This document shows, piece by piece, positions 62,101 through 64,000 of a stretch of DNA of 64,000 nt. Position numbers and translations under genes: made by a program. Source of the stretch: Heterodontus francisci (taxonomy: Eukaryota). Within the stretch, counting starts at the first letter, position 1. Every line of letters begins with the position of its first letter. The stretch covers positions 61,948,868-62,012,867 of the forward strand of contig NC_090401.1 of assembly GCF_036365525.1 (NCBI RefSeq). The letters run 5' to 3'. Under the pieces are notes generated by a model. That model was not told the DNA's origin. It ran no database searches and worked only from the letters and a program-made list of their open reading frames with translations.

Positions 62101-62525
62101 GATCCTTCATGCACACCCGAAGTCTCGCCCCCTCCGCACAGTGCCCCCGCGTTGGCTGTGGTGGGGTAGAGACGGTCGCCCACCTCCTCCTGGAATGTGC
62201 CTTTGCAAAGCAGGTGTGGAAAGAGATGCAGTGGTTTTTCTCAAGGTTCATCCCAAGCAGCTCTGTAACACAGGAGTCTGTGCTCTACGGGCTGTTCCCA
62301 GGGACGCACACCGAGACAAACATCAACTGCTGCTGGAGGACTATCAATTCGGTGAAAGACGCCCTTTGGTCTGCCCGAAACTTGCTGGTCTTCCAGCGCA
62401 AAGAGTTGTCCACCAGCGAATGTTGCAGACTGGCACATTCCAAGGTCCAGGACTACGTGCTGAGGGACGCACTAAAGCTTGGGGCAGCCGCAGCAAAGGC
62501 TCAATGGGGAAAGACCACAGTGTAA
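59118..62525 (+). CDS. ORF2p: APE endonuclease + reverse transcriptase + C-terminal zinc finger, 1135 aa, uninterrupted
   Basis: EN: SINVRS, FLQE, NVYAP, GGDFN, SRIDF, SDH. RT: PGSDG, WRPISLLNVDYKIL, LDQEKAFD, GVRQGCPLSP, YMDD. Zinc finger: CPRVGCGGVETVAHLLLEC. Confidence 0.96.
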   Translation: MGVRIASINVRSIKSTTRCVSTLDYLAKVKADLLFLQECGIPHLSTYRQWSRWWSHGPSIWSGGNDCRSSGLGILLRGGNFTISEVKEVVGGRLLVADVMYNNAPLRLINVYAPVQRSERLTVFQQLPLLLATSRPVILGGDFNCIIDAAGRSGSDDSKLDATSRFLVETVKDAKLHDVFSKPADGAQRRYTWSRSDGSARSRIDFLFVSRAVTVGSTDVKPVFFSDHCLLLADCHLQDDQRVGRGTWKLNATLLTPENVEELKRDYNGWRTVKPLFESPVHWWEAIKENIKRFFIHKGVQKARERQRELSRLQKIMQNLLRLQSMGVEVKEDLQEVKSQQASLFAKEASKIIFRSRVRSIEQDETCSRYLFQKVHRESSIISSLKEEDGSVTSSQSDILRISKSFYAGLYDAKPTDSRASQSFLSSITEVLDDSRRERLDKPLILDELTKAVESFETSKTPGSDGLPVELYSSLWDWVGPDLLEVYESMLLAGSMSESMRRGIITLIYKQKGERAEIRNWRPISLLNVDYKILSKVIASRVKSALELVIHPDQTCTVPGRKISDSLALLRDTIAYVRDRRVDTCLISLDQEKAFDRISHTYMMDVLSKMGFGEEICNWIQLLYTNISSAVSINGWESESFPIKSGVRQGCPLSPVLFVCCIEPFAESIRKDASIRGVTIPGSGGTQVKTSLYMDDVAVFCSDPLSVRRLMSICDQFELASGAKVNHGKSEAMFFGNWADRSFVPFTVRSDYLKVLGIWFGSAGACTKTWEERVAKVRQKLGMWGQRSLSIVGKNLVIRCEALTLLLYVAQVWPIPHSCAVAVTRAIFRFVWGSKMDRVRRDTMFKSLDMGGKNVPNVALILMTTFVCGCIKLCVDPQYANSKCHYVLRFYLSPVLRRMGLVTLPRNAPCSWAAPYHLSFVEQFLRKNTFDHRSIRQWSARNVLKALREKETVDPVGWFPEQTVKVIWRNASSPELSNKHQDVAWLVVRRALPVRSFMHTRSLAPSAQCPRVGCGGVETVAHLLLECAFAKQVWKEMQWFFSRFIPSSSVTQESVLYGLFPGTHTETNINCCWRTINSVKDALWSARNLLVFQRKELSTSECCRLAHSKVQDYVLRDALKLGAAAAKAQWGKTTV

Positions 62526-62793
62526 GGTTCCCCCACCAAGCTGGACTGAGGGGCTGGAACCATGGGAAACCCCTCGAACTGTATCGTTAATATTCTCAAT
62601 TGCTGTAAATGTAAAACTGTAATTGACATGACAATTGTGAAACGGAAGGGTTGGGAAGAAACTCATGACATTATTGAAAGAAACTGATCTCTTTTGCAAT
62701 GTTTGTATTTTTTCGTGCTGTTTGGAAACTGTTTGTCAATGTAATTTTTACAGATTTTTATGAATAAAGTATATTTTGGAAATATAAAAAAAA

Positions 62794-62803
62794 TCTGTTC
62801 TTA
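62794..62803 (+). repeat. U2 target-site remnant (U2 nt 39-48) between the two element copies
   Basis: TCTGTTCTTA directly after poly(A), identical to 57500-57509. Confidence 0.85.
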
Positions 62804-63534
62804 GCTTGGCTGGTGGTGAGAAGGGCCCTCCCCGTCAGATCCTTCATGCACACCCAAAGTCTCGCCCCCTCCGCACAGTGCCCCCGCGTTGGCTGTGGTG
62901 GGGAAGAGACGGTCGCCCACCTCCTCCTGGAATGTGCCTTTGCAAAGCAGGTGTGGAAAGAGATGCAGTGGTTTTTGTCAAGGTTCATCCCAAGCAGCTC
63001 TGTAACACAGGAGTCTGTGCTCTACGGGCTGTTCCCAGGGACGCACACCGAGACAAACATCAACTGCTGCTGGAGGGCTATCAATTCGGTGAAAGACGCC
63101 CTTTGGTCTGCCCGAAACTTGCTGGTCTTCCAGCGCAAAGAGTTGTCCACCGCCGAATGTTGCAGACTGGCACATTCCAAGGTCCAGGACTACGTGCTGA
63201 GGGACGCACTAAAGCTTGGGGCAGCCGCAGCAAAGGCTCAATGGGGAAAGACCACAGTGTAAGGTTCCCCCACCAAGCTGGACTGAGGGGCTGGAACCAT
63301 GGGAAGCCCCTCGAACTGTATCGTTAATATTCTCAATTGCTGTAAATGTAAAACTGTAATTGACATGACAATTGTGAAATGGAAGGGTTGGGAAGAAACT
63401 CATGACAGTATTGAAGGAAACTGATCTCCCTTGCAATGTTTGTATTTTTTGGTGCTGTTTGGAAACTGTTTGGCAATGTAAATTTTACAGATTTTTATGA
63501 ATAAAGTATATTTTGGAAATTAAAAAAAAAAAAA
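62802..63534 (+). mobile_element. Second, 5'-truncated Keno-like copy in tandem
   Basis: Direct repeat of 62065-62793 with about 15 substitutions and 1 indel counted by eye. It has its own AATAAA (63500-63505) and poly(A) 63522-63534, and a 2-nt TA microhomology with the U2 remnant at its 5' junction. Confidence 0.92.
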
Positions 63535-63548
63535 GAAGGCATATGGGA
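63533..63548 (+). repeat. Right copy of 16-bp target-site duplication
   Basis: AAGAAGGCATATGGGA after the final poly(A). Confidence 0.92.
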
Positions 63549-64000
63549 CAATTGCTTTTATTAGCTGAGGCATAGGATATAAGAGCTGGAATGTTATGCT
63601 GAAACTGTATAAATCACTGGTTAGGCCACAGCTGGAGTACAGCGCACAGTTCTGGCCACCACACTATAGGAAAGATGTAATTGCACTGGAGGGTACTGAG
63701 GAGATTTGCAAGGATGTTGCCTGGACTGGACAATTTGTTTTGAGGAAAGATTGATAGACTAGGGTTGTTTTTCTTTGGGACAGAGGATGCTGAGGGGCGA
63801 CCTAATTGAAGTATATGAAGTTATGAGGGGTCTAGATACAATGGATAGGAACACCCTATTCCCCTTGGTTGAGGGGTCCATAACCAGGGGGCATTGATTT
63901 AGGGTAAAAGGTAGGGTGTGAGGGGATTCAAGGAGAAATCTTTTCCTGGAACTCACTGCCTGAAAGTGTGATAGGGGTAGAAGCCTTCATAACATTTAAA

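Larger units (their letters stand above)
57515..62793 (+). mobile_element. Full-length intact Tx1-clade non-LTR retrotransposon, U2-specific Keno-like
   Basis: About 60-nt 5'UTR, ORF1, 13-nt spacer, ORF2, about 260-nt 3'UTR with AATAAA (62763-62768), and poly(A) at 62786-62793. It is bounded by U2 sequence on both sides. Confidence 0.92.
57400..64000 (+). mobile_element. HER/CR1 remnant hosting the U2-Keno insertion (pieces 57400-57462 and 63533-64000)
   Basis: ...HRSLKVAG..KVVKKAYG | IAFIS*GIGYKSWNVMLKLYKSLVRPQLEY... is colinear across the insertion (compare 10975-11150). Confidence 0.85.

Noticed and set aside
59255-62251. Antisense ORFs within ORF2
   Set aside because: Shadow frames of a GC-rich coding sequence with no domain signal.
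59118-62525. Utopia/R2-like restriction-endonuclease element, or prokaryotic retron/group II intron RT
   Set aside because: It has an N-terminal APE domain, a separate CCHC ORF1 and poly(A), i.e. L1/Tx1 architecture in a eukaryotic context.
62065-63534. LTRs or an assembly duplication
   Set aside because: Both repeats are at the 3' end, each ends in poly(A), they are separated by U2 target bases, and they differ at about 15 positions. This fits tandem non-LTR copies.

Overview
This is AT-rich eukaryotic genomic DNA. The repeat families (HER/CR1-type LINEs, HE1/V-SINE-like and Deu-domain SINEs) point to a cartilaginous fish, probably a shark; that is inference. Host genes: a complete 5-exon TMEM234 (minus strand, 44685-55944, 133 aa) and the first coding exon of DCDC2B (minus, 3131-3408). 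A CpG-rich, probably bidirectional promoter at about 56.0 kb may also start EIF3I on the plus strand. One or two unrecognised spliced ORFs lie between TMEM234 and DCDC2B. Much of the rest is nested CR1/L2/RTE LINEs, SINEs, solo LTRs, Penelope-like fragments and Harbinger transposons. The standout is a young 6.1-kb insertion at 57462-63534. It consists of U2 snRNA nt 1-53, an intact two-ORF Tx1-clade (Keno-like, U2-targeting) retrotransposon, poly(A), a U2 target remnant (TCTGTTCTTA), a second 5'-truncated copy and another poly(A). The whole unit is flanked by a perfect 16-bp target-site duplication (TSD) inside an unrelated CR1 remnant. It looks like a U2-promoter-driven read-through transcript from a tandem array in a U2 gene that was retrotransposed off-target. 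Second highlight: a decayed Harbinger element that seems to carry two tandem Myb/SANT-like genes plus the transposase. All alignments were done by eye.
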